A stretch of 64,000 nt of DNA from an uncultured Legionellales bacterium. Lineage in GTDB: Bacteria; Pseudomonadota; Gammaproteobacteria; JAHCLG01. Below the pieces are notes generated by a model. It was not told the origin of the DNA and made no database searches. It was given only the letters and a program-made list of their open reading frames with translations. The stretch covers positions 2,980 to 66,979 of the forward strand of contig CAYGUK010000004.1 of the NCBI GenBank assembly GCA_964352985.1, in the 5' to 3' direction. Position numbers and translations under genes: made by a program. Positions 19,862 through 30,631 of the stretch are shown in pieces. Each line of letters starts with the position of its first letter. The first letter of the stretch is position 1.

Positions 19862-20230
19862 TCACATACAATCCATAATCGCTTTCATCGCTTCCTTCTC
19901 AAAATAAGCTTGTGTTTGATTTTCTTTCGGTCCATTCATCGCTTCTACTACTACTTTCTTATATTTTGGTGTAGCACATTTACAAACTTTTTCAGCCATA
20001 TCATTCATAGATTTCATGATTTTAGGATCATTAATCATATTATCTGCGGCGTCTTTATCCTTGCCTTCACTCATTCCCTCTTTCATGCCCGCAACCATTT
20101 CTTTCACACAAATATCGTAAAATAGTTTTTCAACCGAACCATCATCAGGCGTCGAACTTTGGGCGAAACTCAATGGAATAAAAACAGAGAAACTCACAAG
20201 AAAAACAATTAATTGCAAGCACTTTATCAT
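19862..20230 (-). CDS. small secreted Met/Lys-rich protein with CxC motif (possible periplasmic metal-binding protein)
   Basis: Start MIKCLQ at 20230 (GGAGAA RBS); signal peptide ...IPLSFA|QSS; many MxxM-type Met-rich segments (EMVAGMKEGMSEG, MKSMNDMAEK, AMKAIMDCM) and KVCKCATP. Confidence 0.45.
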   Translation of the reverse strand: MIKCLQLIVFLVSFSVFIPLSFAQSSTPDDGSVEKLFYDICVKEMVAGMKEGMSEGKDKDAADNMINDPKIMKSMNDMAEKVCKCATPKYKKVVVEAMNGPKENQTQAYFEKEAMKAIMDCM

Positions 20231-20314
20231 GAAAATTCTCCATAATAATCTAAAATTCATTAGATATATTATAGCATAATAAAGTGCTTGCATTTTAAAG
20301 AGAGAAATTTATTA

Positions 20315-22813
20315 TTAGTAGACTTCGGTAATAGATCCCTCTTCGCTTCTATTTAGAGCGTTGTTTGATGATTTATTCAAAAAACTTGTCAACTCATTTG
20401 GCGCAAAATGATCTACCGCGATCACATCTTGTCTGATGTGATATGCTTCCATCAGTTGATGAAATTCTTCTGTAGTGATCACTTTATTCTCAACAGCATT
20501 TTGATAGTAATCCGTAACTGTTTTACCACTGATTTTTTTATTTTTTATCGCTTTGGCTATTAATTTTTCTAGCGGTTCAGCAGAAATAATTTTATTTAGT
20601 GACGCATCCATTTTACCGATTGGGTTATTCTCTTCAGGTTTAGCATAAATACCGGAAGTGATTCTACGACGCGTTGAGTTTGGTGCCATTGTTAATTCTG
20701 ATATTTCTTTAATTAAATTATCTTTTGGTAATTTTGCATGACGACCAAAAGGGAAAATAATTAATTTTAAGATCGTAGCTAAAATTCGATTGGGCAAATT
20801 TTGGAATATTTGCTCAAAGCGAATTTCAATACCAGAAATAAGTTCTTTAGCACAGTAATCTACAACAATTTTATCTTCTTCTTTTGCCCCCTGATTGATA
20901 AAATGTTTTAGAACACATGATAAAATATATAAATTACTCAGAATGTCTCCAAGTCTTGCTGATAACAATTCACGACGTTTTAAACTTCCACCTAAGGTCA
21001 TTAAACAAGTATCAACTAATAAGGCAAATCCACTACTATAACGTTCCATTTTTTGTAAATAACGTTTAATAGATCCACCTTCTGGTACCATAACTAATTT
21101 ACCATCTGTTAATCCTAGCACTAGCGAACGAGTAAAATTACTTACTGTAAATCCAATATGTTTAAAAATTAAGTCATCAAAACATTTTAATCTTTTTTTA
21201 CTATTATCTATTTTCAATGATTTCATTTCATCTAAAACAAAGGGATGACATCTAACCGCACCTTGTCCAAAAATAATCATGCAACGTGTAAGAATATTAG
21301 CCCCTTCTACTGTTATGCTAATGGGAACACTTTGATAAGCTCTTGCTGTATAATTTTTTGGTCCCATGCAAATACCTTTGCCGCCATGAATATCCATCAC
21401 ATCTTGGGCAATTTGTCGCCCACGTTCCGTACTATGATATTTTGCGATAGCAGATGCAACAGCGGGATGTTCTCCTTGATCAATGCTGTTAACCGTAAAT
21501 AAACGCAAAGCATCTATGGTATAAGCATTACATGCTAATCTTGCTAAAACTTCAGCTACACCATCAAATTTGCCAATAGGCATATTAAACTGCTGACGAA
21601 TTCTCGCATATGCGCCTGATGCTAAAACACCGGCTTTTGCTGCCCCCACGGCTGTTGAAGGCAAAGAAATAGCGCGTCCACATGCCAAACATTCTAGTAA
21701 CATTTGCCATCCACGCCCAACATTTTTAACGCCACCGATAATCGCATCTAATGGAATAAAAACATCCTCACCAAAAATCGGGCCATTTTGAAACGGAATA
21801 TCTAATGGATAATGTCGACGACCAATATTTAGTCCAGGTGTTTCTCTAGGAATAAGTGCAACGGTAATACCTAATTCTTCTTTATCACTAATTAAATGAT
21901 TTGGATCATATAATTTGAATGCAAGACCAATAAGTGTAGCAACTGGTGCAAGGGTAATATATCTCTTCGAGAAATTTAATTTAATTCCAGTTACTTCTCG
22001 ACCTTGATATTGGCCTTTACAAACTATTCCATAATCAGAAATATTGGATGCATCCGAACCAGCATCAGGTCCGGTTAAGGCAAAACAAGGAATATCTATT
22101 CCTGCAGCCAATCGAGGTAAATAATAATCCTTTTGTTCTTCTGTCCCATAATTTAATAATAATTCACCTGGGCCTAGGGAATTTGGGACTGAAACCGTCG
22201 AAGAAACTGTCACGCTACGACTAGAAATTTTGACGATAACTTGAGAATGTGCAAGCGCAGAAAACTCCTTACCACCATATTTTTTAGGAATGATTAATGC
22301 AAAAAAACCTTGTTCTTTAATATACTGCCAAAGCTCAGGTGGTAAATCTTTACGACGATAAGTAATATCCCAATCATCTATCATTTGGCAAAGCGTTTCT
22401 ACTGGGCCATCAAGAAAATCGATTTCTTCTTGAGTCAATTTTGGTGAAGGTATTTTAAATAATTTATTCCAGTCAAGTTGTCCTTTAAATAACTCTGCAT
22501 CCCAGCCTACCGTTCCAGCGGCTAATGCTTGCTCTTCTGTTTCGGAGAGTGGTGGCATTACTTGTTGGAAAAATTTTAAAAGGTGCCGAGAAATCAGCTG
22601 TTGACGTAAAGATTTGAAATTTAAACAGAAGGCAGATACAGCAAAAACTATCCAAGCAAGCATTTTACCGAAAACAAAAACACTGCTAAACATCGAAAAT
22701 AAAAACAACCCTACAATACCGCTAATGGTCCAAACTGAAAGTGATGCTCTAAAATAGCTTAAGCATCCTATAACAATTACAGCTAATAATATCCAACTCA
22801 CAACTTTCTCCAC
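20315..22813 (-). CDS. fadE: acyl-CoA dehydrogenase FadE (large, membrane-anchored)
   Basis: 832 aa, N-terminal TM segments then acyl-CoA dehydrogenase core, size and architecture of E. coli FadE. Confidence 0.85.
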   Translation of the reverse strand: MEKVVSWILLAVIVIGCLSYFRASLSVWTISGIVGLFLFSMFSSVFVFGKMLAWIVFAVSAFCLNFKSLRQQLISRHLLKFFQQVMPPLSETEEQALAAGTVGWDAELFKGQLDWNKLFKIPSPKLTQEEIDFLDGPVETLCQMIDDWDITYRRKDLPPELWQYIKEQGFFALIIPKKYGGKEFSALAHSQVIVKISSRSVTVSSTVSVPNSLGPGELLLNYGTEEQKDYYLPRLAAGIDIPCFALTGPDAGSDASNISDYGIVCKGQYQGREVTGIKLNFSKRYITLAPVATLIGLAFKLYDPNHLISDKEELGITVALIPRETPGLNIGRRHYPLDIPFQNGPIFGEDVFIPLDAIIGGVKNVGRGWQMLLECLACGRAISLPSTAVGAAKAGVLASGAYARIRQQFNMPIGKFDGVAEVLARLACNAYTIDALRLFTVNSIDQGEHPAVASAIAKYHSTERGRQIAQDVMDIHGGKGICMGPKNYTARAYQSVPISITVEGANILTRCMIIFGQGAVRCHPFVLDEMKSLKIDNSKKRLKCFDDLIFKHIGFTVSNFTRSLVLGLTDGKLVMVPEGGSIKRYLQKMERYSSGFALLVDTCLMTLGGSLKRRELLSARLGDILSNLYILSCVLKHFINQGAKEEDKIVVDYCAKELISGIEIRFEQIFQNLPNRILATILKLIIFPFGRHAKLPKDNLIKEISELTMAPNSTRRRITSGIYAKPEENNPIGKMDASLNKIISAEPLEKLIAKAIKNKKISGKTVTDYYQNAVENKVITTEEFHQLMEAYHIRQDVIAVDHFAPNELTSFLNKSSNNALNRSEEGSITEVY

Positions 22814-22833
22814 GCTCTGTCGTTAAAACTAAT

Positions 22834-23655
22834 TTAGTCAATTATATCATCATAACTATCGTCAATGTGTGTTTCATTATTTAGTTTCATCACCTTTTTA
22901 TCACTAAATAAAATCGCACAAAACAAATAAACAAGTGACAATATAATATAAAAAGCCATATGATAAGGAAATCTTATACCAAAGACCGCAAAAGCTGTGG
23001 TAATAAGTAGAGGTGGCGTAATAGCAATGCTAGATAGTCGTAATAAGGCAATATAATCTAACTGCCGTTCTAATGTTGCAGCAACCATAGATCCGATAAT
23101 TGCCATTATTATCACTTGTACTAAATGATATAAAAAAGACACTATTACAGAAATAGGATAGGCTACGAAACTAAACCAAGTTTTAATGTTCGAAAGTAAA
23201 TTTGTAAGTGATTCTGGCGTTATCTCTCTATCAGAAATATCTTTTAACGGATATTGCACAATCCCATTATTGGTTCGCATCATAAAATCAGTTTTTGTTA
23301 CGAGGATAGCGGCTGAAGTTTGCTGGAGATCTGTAAATTTTCCCGAATTATCAAAAATAATGAGCGGCTTATTCCCAGATTCGGATTTGATAAAATACGG
23401 AGAAGGTTTATCCATTGTCATTTGTCCCTTTCGTATCGAGATTTTTGGCACTTGTTTGATGATAGGTGGTAATCCAACATTATGTAATTCATTAATAATT
23501 AATTGCATTTTACCAATTAAAAAAAACCAACAAAGCGCACTTAAAATTAATAAATATATTAAACCAATTCCACGCCAATTTTTTCCTACATCTCGATACA
23601 ACTCACGGGAATAAAAAGAAAGAAAAAGTGCTTGAGGCCATTTATATTTTTGCAT
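22834..23655 (-). CDS. hypothetical polytopic membrane protein (DUF1189-like), co-directional downstream of fadE
   Basis: 273 aa, N-terminal TM, C-terminal cluster of TMs; acidic tail; 20-bp gap to fadE stop. Confidence 0.35.
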   Translation of the reverse strand: MQKYKWPQALFLSFYSRELYRDVGKNWRGIGLIYLLILSALCWFFLIGKMQLIINELHNVGLPPIIKQVPKISIRKGQMTMDKPSPYFIKSESGNKPLIIFDNSGKFTDLQQTSAAILVTKTDFMMRTNNGIVQYPLKDISDREITPESLTNLLSNIKTWFSFVAYPISVIVSFLYHLVQVIIMAIIGSMVAATLERQLDYIALLRLSSIAITPPLLITTAFAVFGIRFPYHMAFYIILSLVYLFCAILFSDKKVMKLNNETHIDDSYDDIID

Positions 23656-23656
23656 T

Positions 23657-24907
23657 TTATCCCTTTTGACAGTCTGTTTTATTGAAATTAGACACAGATT
23701 TATTTATTTTTTCACTCACATCAGAAGTTTTTTTTTTGCTTAAAATAAGCAACCATAAATAACCAAATACGCCAGAAGCAATAGAACCTGCAAATACACC
23801 AATTCTCACGAAAGCGGCGTAATCATTCATGCCTTTAAAAGCTAAGCCGCCAATAAACAAACTCATGGTAAAACCAATACCACATAAAATTGCCACACCA
23901 TAAACATGAGCATAAGTAGCATTTTGAGGTAATTTTGCAAATCCAGCTTTTATACAAAGCCAACATGCTGCAAAAACACCAAATTGTTTTCCAAAAAATA
24001 AACCAAGGGTAATTCCTAGAGGGACTTCATGTAATAATGCATCAATGTGAAGTCCTGCAAGTGACACGCCTGCATTTGCAAAGGCAAAAAGTGGTAAAAT
24101 TAAAAAGGCTACCCATGGATGGATTGCGTGTTCTAATTCGCGTAAAGGGGAACGATTTTGATTTTTTGTATCATGCAGTGGAATTGCTAAAGCAAGTATA
24201 ACGCCACCTAGTGTCGCATGAATTCCCGATTGTAGAATAGCACTCCACAAAATTATGCCGAGAATACCATAAACACTAAACGCGGTAACCTTTTTGTAAT
24301 TCATGTAGAATAATAGAATTGTGCAAATCAGCCCAACAAATAACGCAATATAATGAATCTGATCAGTGTAAAAAATCGCAATAATTAAAATAGCCCCCAA
24401 GTCATCTAAAATAGCAAGTGCTGTCAGAAAAACTTTTATCGAAACTGGCACACGTCGGCCTAGTAGTGCAATTAATCCCAAGGCAAAAGCAATATCCGTT
24501 GCAGTAGGAATTGCCCAACCACGTAATGAATTTGCATGATCCCAATTGAAAAACACATAAATAATTGCAGGCACAATCATGCCACCAACTGCCGCTATCG
24601 CAGGCAAAATAGCTGATTCGCGAGTACTTAATTCACCTTCTATAAATTCACGTTTTATTTCCATTCCAACAAGGAAAAAGAATATCGCCATGAGTCCGTC
24701 ATTTATCCAATAATGTATCGTTTCATCTAGACCATAAGCCCCTATTTTAATTGTCAGATGAGTATGAATAAAAACTTCGTAATAATGATCGAGCGGAGAA
24801 TTGACAATGATCATTGCAATGACTGCTGCTATAAATAATAAAATGCCACCTGCAGATTCAAGCTTTATGAACTCAGAAATCATATTTCCAATACTTTTAA
24901 GAGGCAT
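23657..24907 (-). CDS. nhaA: Na+/H+ antiporter NhaA
   Basis: N-term FIKLESAGGILLFIAAVIAMIIVNSPL matches NhaA consensus; 416 aa, 12 TM. Confidence 0.85.
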   Translation of the reverse strand: MPLKSIGNMISEFIKLESAGGILLFIAAVIAMIIVNSPLDHYYEVFIHTHLTIKIGAYGLDETIHYWINDGLMAIFFFLVGMEIKREFIEGELSTRESAILPAIAAVGGMIVPAIIYVFFNWDHANSLRGWAIPTATDIAFALGLIALLGRRVPVSIKVFLTALAILDDLGAILIIAIFYTDQIHYIALFVGLICTILLFYMNYKKVTAFSVYGILGIILWSAILQSGIHATLGGVILALAIPLHDTKNQNRSPLRELEHAIHPWVAFLILPLFAFANAGVSLAGLHIDALLHEVPLGITLGLFFGKQFGVFAACWLCIKAGFAKLPQNATYAHVYGVAILCGIGFTMSLFIGGLAFKGMNDYAAFVRIGVFAGSIASGVFGYLWLLILSKKKTSDVSEKINKSVSNFNKTDCQKG

Positions 24908-25074
24908 AATATGTTACTACTCCCTGTTGGTCGTTACCCGATGGAAATTGTACTGCATTTTTTAATTAATTGAAATTGAAACAATGCATTATCAATAAAC
25001 ATGTTGCCATTGTAATGCTGTTTGCAATTGTGATTATTTGGTATAGTAATCTAAATTTTAACTAGACAGCAAAA

Positions 25075-26316
25075 ATGAATCTTTACACACTTTTTTCAAT
25101 CATTATTTCTGGAGCAATTATCATTGCCTATATCAATTCTCGTTATATAAAAATGCAAACTACGATTGCCATGCTGTCAGCCGCATTAATCATGTCGATT
25201 TCAATTCTAATAATCGGACATTTGGGCTTTGTCCAATCAACCAGTAAGTTTACTCAGTTCATGCAACAAATTGATTTTCATTCATTGTTAATAAACGGCA
25301 TGCTAAGTTTTTTATTATTTGCTGGTTCACTGAATATCGATATCCAATATTTAAGAGACCGTAAATGGGAGGTAATTGTTCTATCAAGTCTTTCAACCAT
25401 TGCTTCCACAATACTTGTTGGTGTATTGATCTTTTATCTTGTTAAAATATTTAATATTCATCTTGAAATGATTTATTGTTTATTATTTGGCGCATTGATC
25501 TCCCCGACTGATCCAATTGCCGTACTCGCTATTTTTAAAAAATTACAAGCACCAGAACGCCTGCATGTTTTAGTAGAAGGTGAATCTTTATTTAATGATG
25601 GCGTCGCCATTGTTATTTTTTTAACACTATATCATTTTGCTTTTCTAGGAGTGCCAATCACTTTTACGAGTGTGACTTCTTTATTTTTACATCAATCTAT
25701 AGGCGGGATATGTTTTGGCATATTACTCGGCTTTGTCGCTTATAAATTTATTAAGCCCCTAAATAATTCAAGACTTGAAATTTTAATGACATTAGTGATC
25801 CCGACAGGTGGGTACGCCCTTGCAAACCAACTTGGTTTTTCTGGTCCACTTGCAATGGTTGTGGCTGGCATATTTTTAGGGAATCGAGGAAATCTCTTTT
25901 CTGTATCAGGACGGACTAAAGAAAATTTAGATAATTTTTGGACGATGGTTGATGATTTATTAAATGCGATTTTATTTATGTTGATGGGATTAGAGTTATT
26001 AGTGATTCAACTTGATAAAACACTTTTCCTACTAGGAATATGTGCCATTCCTTTAGTCTTAATTGTAAGGTTCATTACTGTTGCTATACCCATGACAATA
26101 TTTAAACGATTTAAAACTTATAATCCTTATATTATCAGAATCTTAACTTGGGGAGGTTTGCGTGGTGGTTTAGCCATTGCATTAGCCTTAGCCTTACCTA
26201 AGGGACATCATCGAATTATTTTATTAGCGATGACTTATTCAGTCGTTGTATTTGCGATTATTGTCCAAGGTTTATCAATTAAATTTTTGGTGAATAAAAG
26301 TCAACAATCAACTTAA
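25075..26316 (+). CDS. cation:proton antiporter, CPA1 (NhaP-type) family
   Basis: GESLFNDGVAIVIF signature of CPA1 exchangers, 413 aa polytopic. Confidence 0.75.
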   Translation: MNLYTLFSIIISGAIIIAYINSRYIKMQTTIAMLSAALIMSISILIIGHLGFVQSTSKFTQFMQQIDFHSLLINGMLSFLLFAGSLNIDIQYLRDRKWEVIVLSSLSTIASTILVGVLIFYLVKIFNIHLEMIYCLLFGALISPTDPIAVLAIFKKLQAPERLHVLVEGESLFNDGVAIVIFLTLYHFAFLGVPITFTSVTSLFLHQSIGGICFGILLGFVAYKFIKPLNNSRLEILMTLVIPTGGYALANQLGFSGPLAMVVAGIFLGNRGNLFSVSGRTKENLDNFWTMVDDLLNAILFMLMGLELLVIQLDKTLFLLGICAIPLVLIVRFITVAIPMTIFKRFKTYNPYIIRILTWGGLRGGLAIALALALPKGHHRIILLAMTYSVVVFAIIVQGLSIKFLVNKSQQST

Positions 26317-27023
26317 TCATCTAACCATAAACAAGAATTATTGTTCGCTTTAATCTTTTCTAGAAATTCATGATGCGAATTTAATTCTTCACTATTTGCC
26401 AAAATAAGAGGTGTTTTAACGATTTCTTTTTGCTTAGTGATAACAGTTTCTTTCTTTTTATTTTCTTTTAATTCTTGTTTAGCTTCAGAGAACAGTTGAC
26501 TTTGCCCACCGGTCATTGCCAAATACACGAGCGCTAATAATCTCGCATCAAGCAACGCGCCATGTAAATCGCGATTAGAATTATCAACATCATAACGTTT
26601 ACATAACGCATCTAAACTATTTCTTTGACCTGGATGCATTTTTCTAGCTAAAACCAATGTATCAATGATAGGACAAATTAATTGTAGCTTAGGTCTTTTA
26701 GGCTTTTTTATTAAACTATATTCGTGATTTAAAAAACCTAAATCAAATGGCGCATTGTGAATTACCAGTTCTGCCCCATCTATAAAATTAAAAAACTCAT
26801 TTGCAACATCAGCAAAAAGTGGTTTATCTGATAAAAATTGTGTAGTAAGCCCATGGACTTTTACCGCACCACTATCAATTTCTCGTTGCGGATTAATATA
26901 TTGGTGAAAATAGCGTCTGGTGATTCGACGATCAATTATTTCCACGCCACCAATTTCAATAATACGATGACCTTGGGTGGGCTCTAAACCAGTCGTTTCA
27001 GTATCAAGCACGATTTGTCTCAT
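26313..27023 (-). CDS. dnaQ: DNA polymerase III epsilon subunit (3'-5' exonuclease)
   Basis: Exo I motif VLDTETTGL, Exo II/III (HGALLDARLLA), 236 aa. Confidence 0.9.
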   Translation of the reverse strand: MRQIVLDTETTGLEPTQGHRIIEIGGVEIIDRRITRRYFHQYINPQREIDSGAVKVHGLTTQFLSDKPLFADVANEFFNFIDGAELVIHNAPFDLGFLNHEYSLIKKPKRPKLQLICPIIDTLVLARKMHPGQRNSLDALCKRYDVDNSNRDLHGALLDARLLALVYLAMTGGQSQLFSEAKQELKENKKKETVITKQKEIVKTPLILANSEELNSHHEFLEKIKANNNSCLWLDD

Positions 27024-27032
27024 AACAAAATA

Positions 27033-27476
27033 TTATCCTTGTTGTAATTCATCAATTGCGCGATTCGCTAATTCATCAACATAATCATTTTCAGGATGAC
27101 CACTATGACCTTTTACCCAACACCATTCTATATCATGCTGTTGGTTGAGTTGATGTAGTGTTTGCCAAAGATCAGCATTTTTAACTGGTTTTTTATTACT
27201 TGTGCGCCAATTATTTTTAAGCCAAGAATGGATCCACACTGTAATACCATTTTTTACATAATTTGAATCAGTCGTTAATTTAACCTGACTCTTTTGTTTT
27301 AAACATTTTAAAGCTTCTATTGTTGCGGTTAATTCCATACGATTATTCGTTGTATCAAGCTCACCACCTTTAATTGATTTTTCTTTATCACGATATCTTA
27401 ATAATGCCCCCCACCCTCCTGGGCCAGGATTTCCCCGACAAGCACCATCAGTAAAAATTTCAACTTTTTCGTTCAT
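27033..27476 (-). CDS. rnhA: ribonuclease HI
   Basis: [20 protein letters not shown], ...TNNRMEL..., [14 protein letters not shown] motifs; 147 aa. Confidence 0.9.
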   Translation of the reverse strand: MNEKVEIFTDGACRGNPGPGGWGALLRYRDKEKSIKGGELDTTNNRMELTATIEALKCLKQKSQVKLTTDSNYVKNGITVWIHSWLKNNWRTSNKKPVKNADLWQTLHQLNQQHDIEWCWVKGHSGHPENDYVDELANRAIDELQQG

Positions 27477-28239
27477 TCATTTTCCTTTGGCAAGTTTCAA
27501 TTACACCATTTGTTGTTTTGATGGTATGTTTTTTCTTCCATTTTTGTTTTAAAAGCGTGCTCGCTAACACTTTTTTCTTCGCAAAAAGAATATGACTTGC
27601 TCCACATTTTGGCCAATATTTTTTACCTAGTCGTTCTAGAAATTGTGATCGAATTAAATTTTCAGGTTTATACCATGCCGGACGGTAAAATACATTTTCA
27701 CGACGTACGATCTCAAAATCATATGCCGTTAACCAATTTTGCACAGTCGTGCTGGAAATAAAATTTCCACCCCATGGGACGACAGTATGTCGACGTTTTG
27801 TAAAACGTGATAATCCCCATAAACTAAATGGATTAAAGCCTAAAATAACAATATGACCTTCGGGAATAACCACACGACAAGCTTCACGTAATATCACATG
27901 AGGATCACTAATAAATTCTAAAACATGGGGAATTAAAACCACATCGATACTATTACTTTGAAAAGGCAATTCACCCGCAAGCGCGCGAACAACAATGGCT
28001 TGTGAAGGCAGAGTCGTATCATCGTTAACATAAAATTGACGATGAATCGGACTTGCTGATAAATCAAATTGCTCTTCAGCAATACTCACTTGTAATAAGT
28101 AATAACCAAAAAAATGGGGTAATATTTTGTTTAAAGCGTTTTGTTCATCTTCTCGTAATGCATCGGCTAACGCCGTAGCTTGCCATTCGTGATATTGATT
28201 TAAAAAAACGTCATGTTCTGGCATTCTGTTATCACTCAA
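27460..28239 (-). CDS. class I SAM-dependent methyltransferase (YafS-like by synteny)
   Basis: Methyltransf_11-like motif [38 protein letters not shown]; sits between gloB and rnhA as yafS does in E. coli. Confidence 0.6.
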   Translation of the reverse strand: MSDNRMPEHDVFLNQYHEWQATALADALREDEQNALNKILPHFFGYYLLQVSIAEEQFDLSASPIHRQFYVNDDTTLPSQAIVVRALAGELPFQSNSIDVVLIPHVLEFISDPHVILREACRVVIPEGHIVILGFNPFSLWGLSRFTKRRHTVVPWGGNFISSTTVQNWLTAYDFEIVRRENVFYRPAWYKPENLIRSQFLERLGKKYWPKCGASHILFAKKKVLASTLLKQKWKKKHTIKTTNGVIETCQRKMNERKS

Positions 28240-28274
28240 TATACCATATCCAAAATTTCATCTATTCTGACATA

Positions 28275-29057
28275 TTGAGGAAAAAAATGCTCGAGATTAA
28301 TCCTATCCCAGCTTTTAGCGATAATTATTTTTGGTCAATTGAAAACAAAGACAGACAAAGTATTGTCGTCGATCCCGGTGATGCCTCGCCCGTTTTGGAC
28401 CATCTAACACAGAACAAGTTAAACCTTCATGCAATATTAATTACTCACCATCATACAGATCATACAGGTGGTGTTAACGCGTTGAAAAAGCATTTTAACT
28501 GCCCAGTCTATGGACCAAAAAGTGAAGCGATAGAGTTTAGTGACACGCAACTTGAAGAAAACGATAATATTCAATTTCCCGATTTTGAGCTTGAATTTAA
28601 TATCATCGATATTCCAGGACATACCTCAGGTCATATTGCCTATGTCGCAAATGGTGTGATTTTCTGTGGTGATACACTTTTTAGTGCAGGTTGCGGCCGG
28701 TTATTTGAAGGCAGTCCACAACAAATGTTAAATTCTTTAGATAAAATATTAAAACTCCCATCAAGCACAAAGTTTTATTGTGCGCATGAATACACATTAA
28801 ATAATTTAAAATTTGCGCAGTCGATCGAACCTAATAATGTGGATATTGAAAATCGAATACAACAAGTCAAAAAAATGAGAAAACAAAATATACCGAGTAT
28901 TCCAACGACTTTAGCAAATGAAAAAACCTATAATCCTTTTTTGAGAACACGAGAACCAAACATGATTGCTGCTGTAGCAGAGTTGACTAATGGTAAAATA
29001 AATTACGATCCAGTCTCTATTTTTACTTTTTTGAGAGAAAGCAAAGATAACTTTTAA
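28275..29057 (+). CDS. gloB: hydroxyacylglutathione hydrolase (glyoxalase II)
   Basis: Metallo-beta-lactamase motif ITHHHTDHTGG; 260 aa; conserved gloB-mltD neighbourhood. Confidence 0.9.
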   Translation: MRKKMLEINPIPAFSDNYFWSIENKDRQSIVVDPGDASPVLDHLTQNKLNLHAILITHHHTDHTGGVNALKKHFNCPVYGPKSEAIEFSDTQLEENDNIQFPDFELEFNIIDIPGHTSGHIAYVANGVIFCGDTLFSAGCGRLFEGSPQQMLNSLDKILKLPSSTKFYCAHEYTLNNLKFAQSIEPNNVDIENRIQQVKKMRKQNIPSIPTTLANEKTYNPFLRTREPNMIAAVAELTNGKINYDPVSIFTFLRESKDNF

Positions 29058-29124
29058 TAATTAACGATTAATACTTGACCTGTACTGCGTTACTACGTAC
29101 GATCCAGCGATGCTAAGGGGATGT

Positions 29125-30621
29125 ATGAAAAAATTAGTTTTAATTTCATTTTTTCTATTTATTAGTTCGAATGTTTACAGTTACATGGAAGTGATTGCAG
29201 GTCGTCCTGTCCAAATCGTTAACGGCCATGCCTATTATGACGTGCAAAACCCAAATTCAGCATCGCATAATTTATGGGAAGTTCTACGAGAACATTTTGT
29301 TTTACCCGATTTTAGTTATAACCGTGAAGTTCAAGAACAAATTCGTTGGTATGCTTATCATCGCAGTTATTTTGAACGGGTTCTAAATCGAGCACGACCT
29401 TATCTCTACTATATCTATCAGCATACTCGTCAACGTCATTTACCTGCAGAATTAGCCTTATTGCCAACGATTGAAAGCGCTTATAACCCATTTGCTTATT
29501 CACATGCTGGTGCTGCGGGACTTTGGCAAATTATGCCTGTAACTGCAGATTATTTTGGTATTAAACACAGTTATTGGTACGACGGTCGCCGCGATATTAT
29601 GAGTTCAACAAAAATGGCTTTGGGATATCTAACTTATCTCAATGAATTTTTTAATCATGATTGGTTATTAGCAGTTGCTGCTTATGATTCTGGGGAAGGT
29701 ACTGTTTTAAATGCTATTCAATATAATTTACACGTTGGCCGTAGCGCTAATTTTTGGTATCTCCCATTACCACAAGAAACACAAGCTTATGTCCCTCGAT
29801 TTTTTGCAGTTATTGAAATCATCCGCCACCCTGCTCGTTATGGATTTCATCTCCCTTATGTCAGTGACAAACCCTATTTAGGCGAAGTAACAATTGATTA
29901 TCCAATGCGACTTGCTAAAATCGCCGAATTAGCAAAATTACAATTAGAACAAGTTTACGAATTTAACCCGGGCTATAATCGCTGGATCACAGGACCGAAG
30001 GGACCTTTTCATTTATTGTTACCCGTTAACAAAATAAAAACATTTCAACACCGTCTAGCCTATTATAATCAACATAGAACAATCATTCACACTGTAAAAA
30101 AGGGAGAATCACTTAGTGTGATTGCCCACAAATTTCGACGTTCTCTCAATGAAATTAAATTAGCCAACAATTTAAAAAATAATAGTATTCGAATTGGTGA
30201 AAAATTAAAAATTCCGCCAAGTAACCCCATAATACAAAAACCAAATACCCATAACAGTAATCATGGTTTTTTCCATAAAGAACATGCGCCTTTTAAATAT
30301 ACTGTTAATAAAGGTGATTCTCTGTGGACCCTCGCTAAAAATAATGACGTCAGTATTGGACAAATTAAAATGTGGAATCAAATTAAGTCTAATGCCGATT
30401 TAAAAGTAGGGAAAGAATTATTTATTTGGCCTGGTAATAGCATTCATATCAAGCACAGGGTAAAAATCATGCATCACACAATACGTAGAGGTGATAATTT
30501 ATCAACCTTAGCAAAAAAATATCATGCTTCGATAGATGATATTCGCAAGTGGAATCATTTAGGAAAAAATCATATTCTTCAAATTGGTGAACATGTTGTA
30601 TTTTATATTACATCGAGTTAA
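29125..30621 (+). CDS. mltD: membrane-bound lytic murein transglycosylase D with LysM repeats
   Basis: Start MKKLVLISFF (AAGGGGA RBS) likelier than the upstream ATG at 29110; SLT motif ESAYNPFAYSHAGAAGLWQIMP; three C-terminal LysM modules (YTVKKGESLSVIAHKF..., YTVNKGDSLWTLAK..., HTIRRGDNLSTLAKKY...). Confidence 0.85.
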   Translation: MKKLVLISFFLFISSNVYSYMEVIAGRPVQIVNGHAYYDVQNPNSASHNLWEVLREHFVLPDFSYNREVQEQIRWYAYHRSYFERVLNRARPYLYYIYQHTRQRHLPAELALLPTIESAYNPFAYSHAGAAGLWQIMPVTADYFGIKHSYWYDGRRDIMSSTKMALGYLTYLNEFFNHDWLLAVAAYDSGEGTVLNAIQYNLHVGRSANFWYLPLPQETQAYVPRFFAVIEIIRHPARYGFHLPYVSDKPYLGEVTIDYPMRLAKIAELAKLQLEQVYEFNPGYNRWITGPKGPFHLLLPVNKIKTFQHRLAYYNQHRTIIHTVKKGESLSVIAHKFRRSLNEIKLANNLKNNSIRIGEKLKIPPSNPIIQKPNTHNSNHGFFHKEHAPFKYTVNKGDSLWTLAKNNDVSIGQIKMWNQIKSNADLKVGKELFIWPGNSIHIKHRVKIMHHTIRRGDNLSTLAKKYHASIDDIRKWNHLGKNHILQIGEHVVFYITSS

Positions 30622-30631
30622 CAATTTTATT

